From positions 1 to 27,002 of the forward strand of contig JBHLNT010000043.1 in NCBI GenBank assembly GCA_048941265.1: a stretch of DNA of 27,002 nt, given 5' to 3'. The position numbers and the translations under genes were made by a program. Below the pieces are notes generated by a model. That model saw only the letters and a list, made by a program, of their open reading frames with translations. It did not search any database and was not told the origin of the DNA. Shown here piece after piece: positions 26,841 to 27,002 of this stretch (positions within the stretch are counted from its first letter, which is position 1; every line of letters begins with the position of its first letter). This stretch comes from Promethearchaeota archaeon. Lineage in GTDB: Archaea > Asgardarchaeota > Lokiarchaeia > Sigyniarchaeales > SOKP01.

Positions 26841-27002
26841 TTATCTAAAGTAAGAATCTGGTCCACTCTCTTCCTGTTCGCCTTTCATAAAATAATCTGC
26901 TTGTTTTTTAAATGAATCGAATATATTTTGCATCTCTTCAATTTTTTTATCCAATTCTTCGAATGTCATCTCAATACTAAAATAATCTTTTAATAATTTT
27001 AC
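26841..27002 (-). CDS. 3' end of a probable PAC2-family (proteasome assembly chaperone-like) protein; 5' part outside the window
   Basis: Open frame from the right edge: VKLLKDYFSIEMTFEELDKKIEEMQNIFDSFKKQADYFMKGEQEESGPDSYFR*. Resembles the C-terminal helix and Tyr-containing tail of archaeal PAC2 proteins. Confidence 0.55.
   Translation of the reverse strand, partial: VKLLKDYFSIEMTFEELDKKIEEMQNIFDSFKKQADYFMKGEQEESGPDSYFR

Noticed and set aside
21860-27002. Integrated element or defence island downstream of the tRNA
   Set aside because: No integrase, transposase or distal att repeat seen, and composition is unchanged.
1-27002. CRISPR array or rRNA
   Set aside because: No regularly spaced repeats and no long GC-rich structured region apart from the tRNA.

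Overview
AT-rich archaeal chromosomal window, most likely from an Asgard archaeon (Lokiarchaeia-like). This assignment is an inference from the BHB-type tRNA intron, the PAC2-like gene, the stand-alone ADP-forming acyl-CoA synthetase alpha paralogues, the soluble multi-PAS kinase, the stand-alone 7TM protein and the frequent TTG/GTG starts. Left to right it holds an HExxH-metallopeptidase/VWA gene missing from the ORF track and cut by the left edge, its MoxR-type AAA+ partner, a Cys-rich ferredoxin, a SAM methyltransferase, a 7TM protein, a Zn-binding hypothetical, gatC, a hypothetical and a 3xPAS histidine kinase. It continues with two tandem ACD alpha subunits, dUTPase, a GNAT-like protein, a TPR-zinc ribbon protein, an unannotated 37-aa membrane peptide, dodecin, thiolase, purE, rpiA and a membrane-anchored S8 protease. 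The right end has a tRNA-Ala(GGC) with a 24-nt intron in the T-loop (position 59/60), an MFS transporter fused to a ~295-aa helical domain whose N-terminus appears +1 frameshifted, two hypotheticals, a Pol-beta-type nucleotidyltransferase and the 3' end of a probable PAC2-family gene. No CRISPR array, rRNA, integrase or transposase was seen. The best leads are the non-canonical tRNA intron, the MoxR plus peptidase-VWA module and the MFS-helical fusion.
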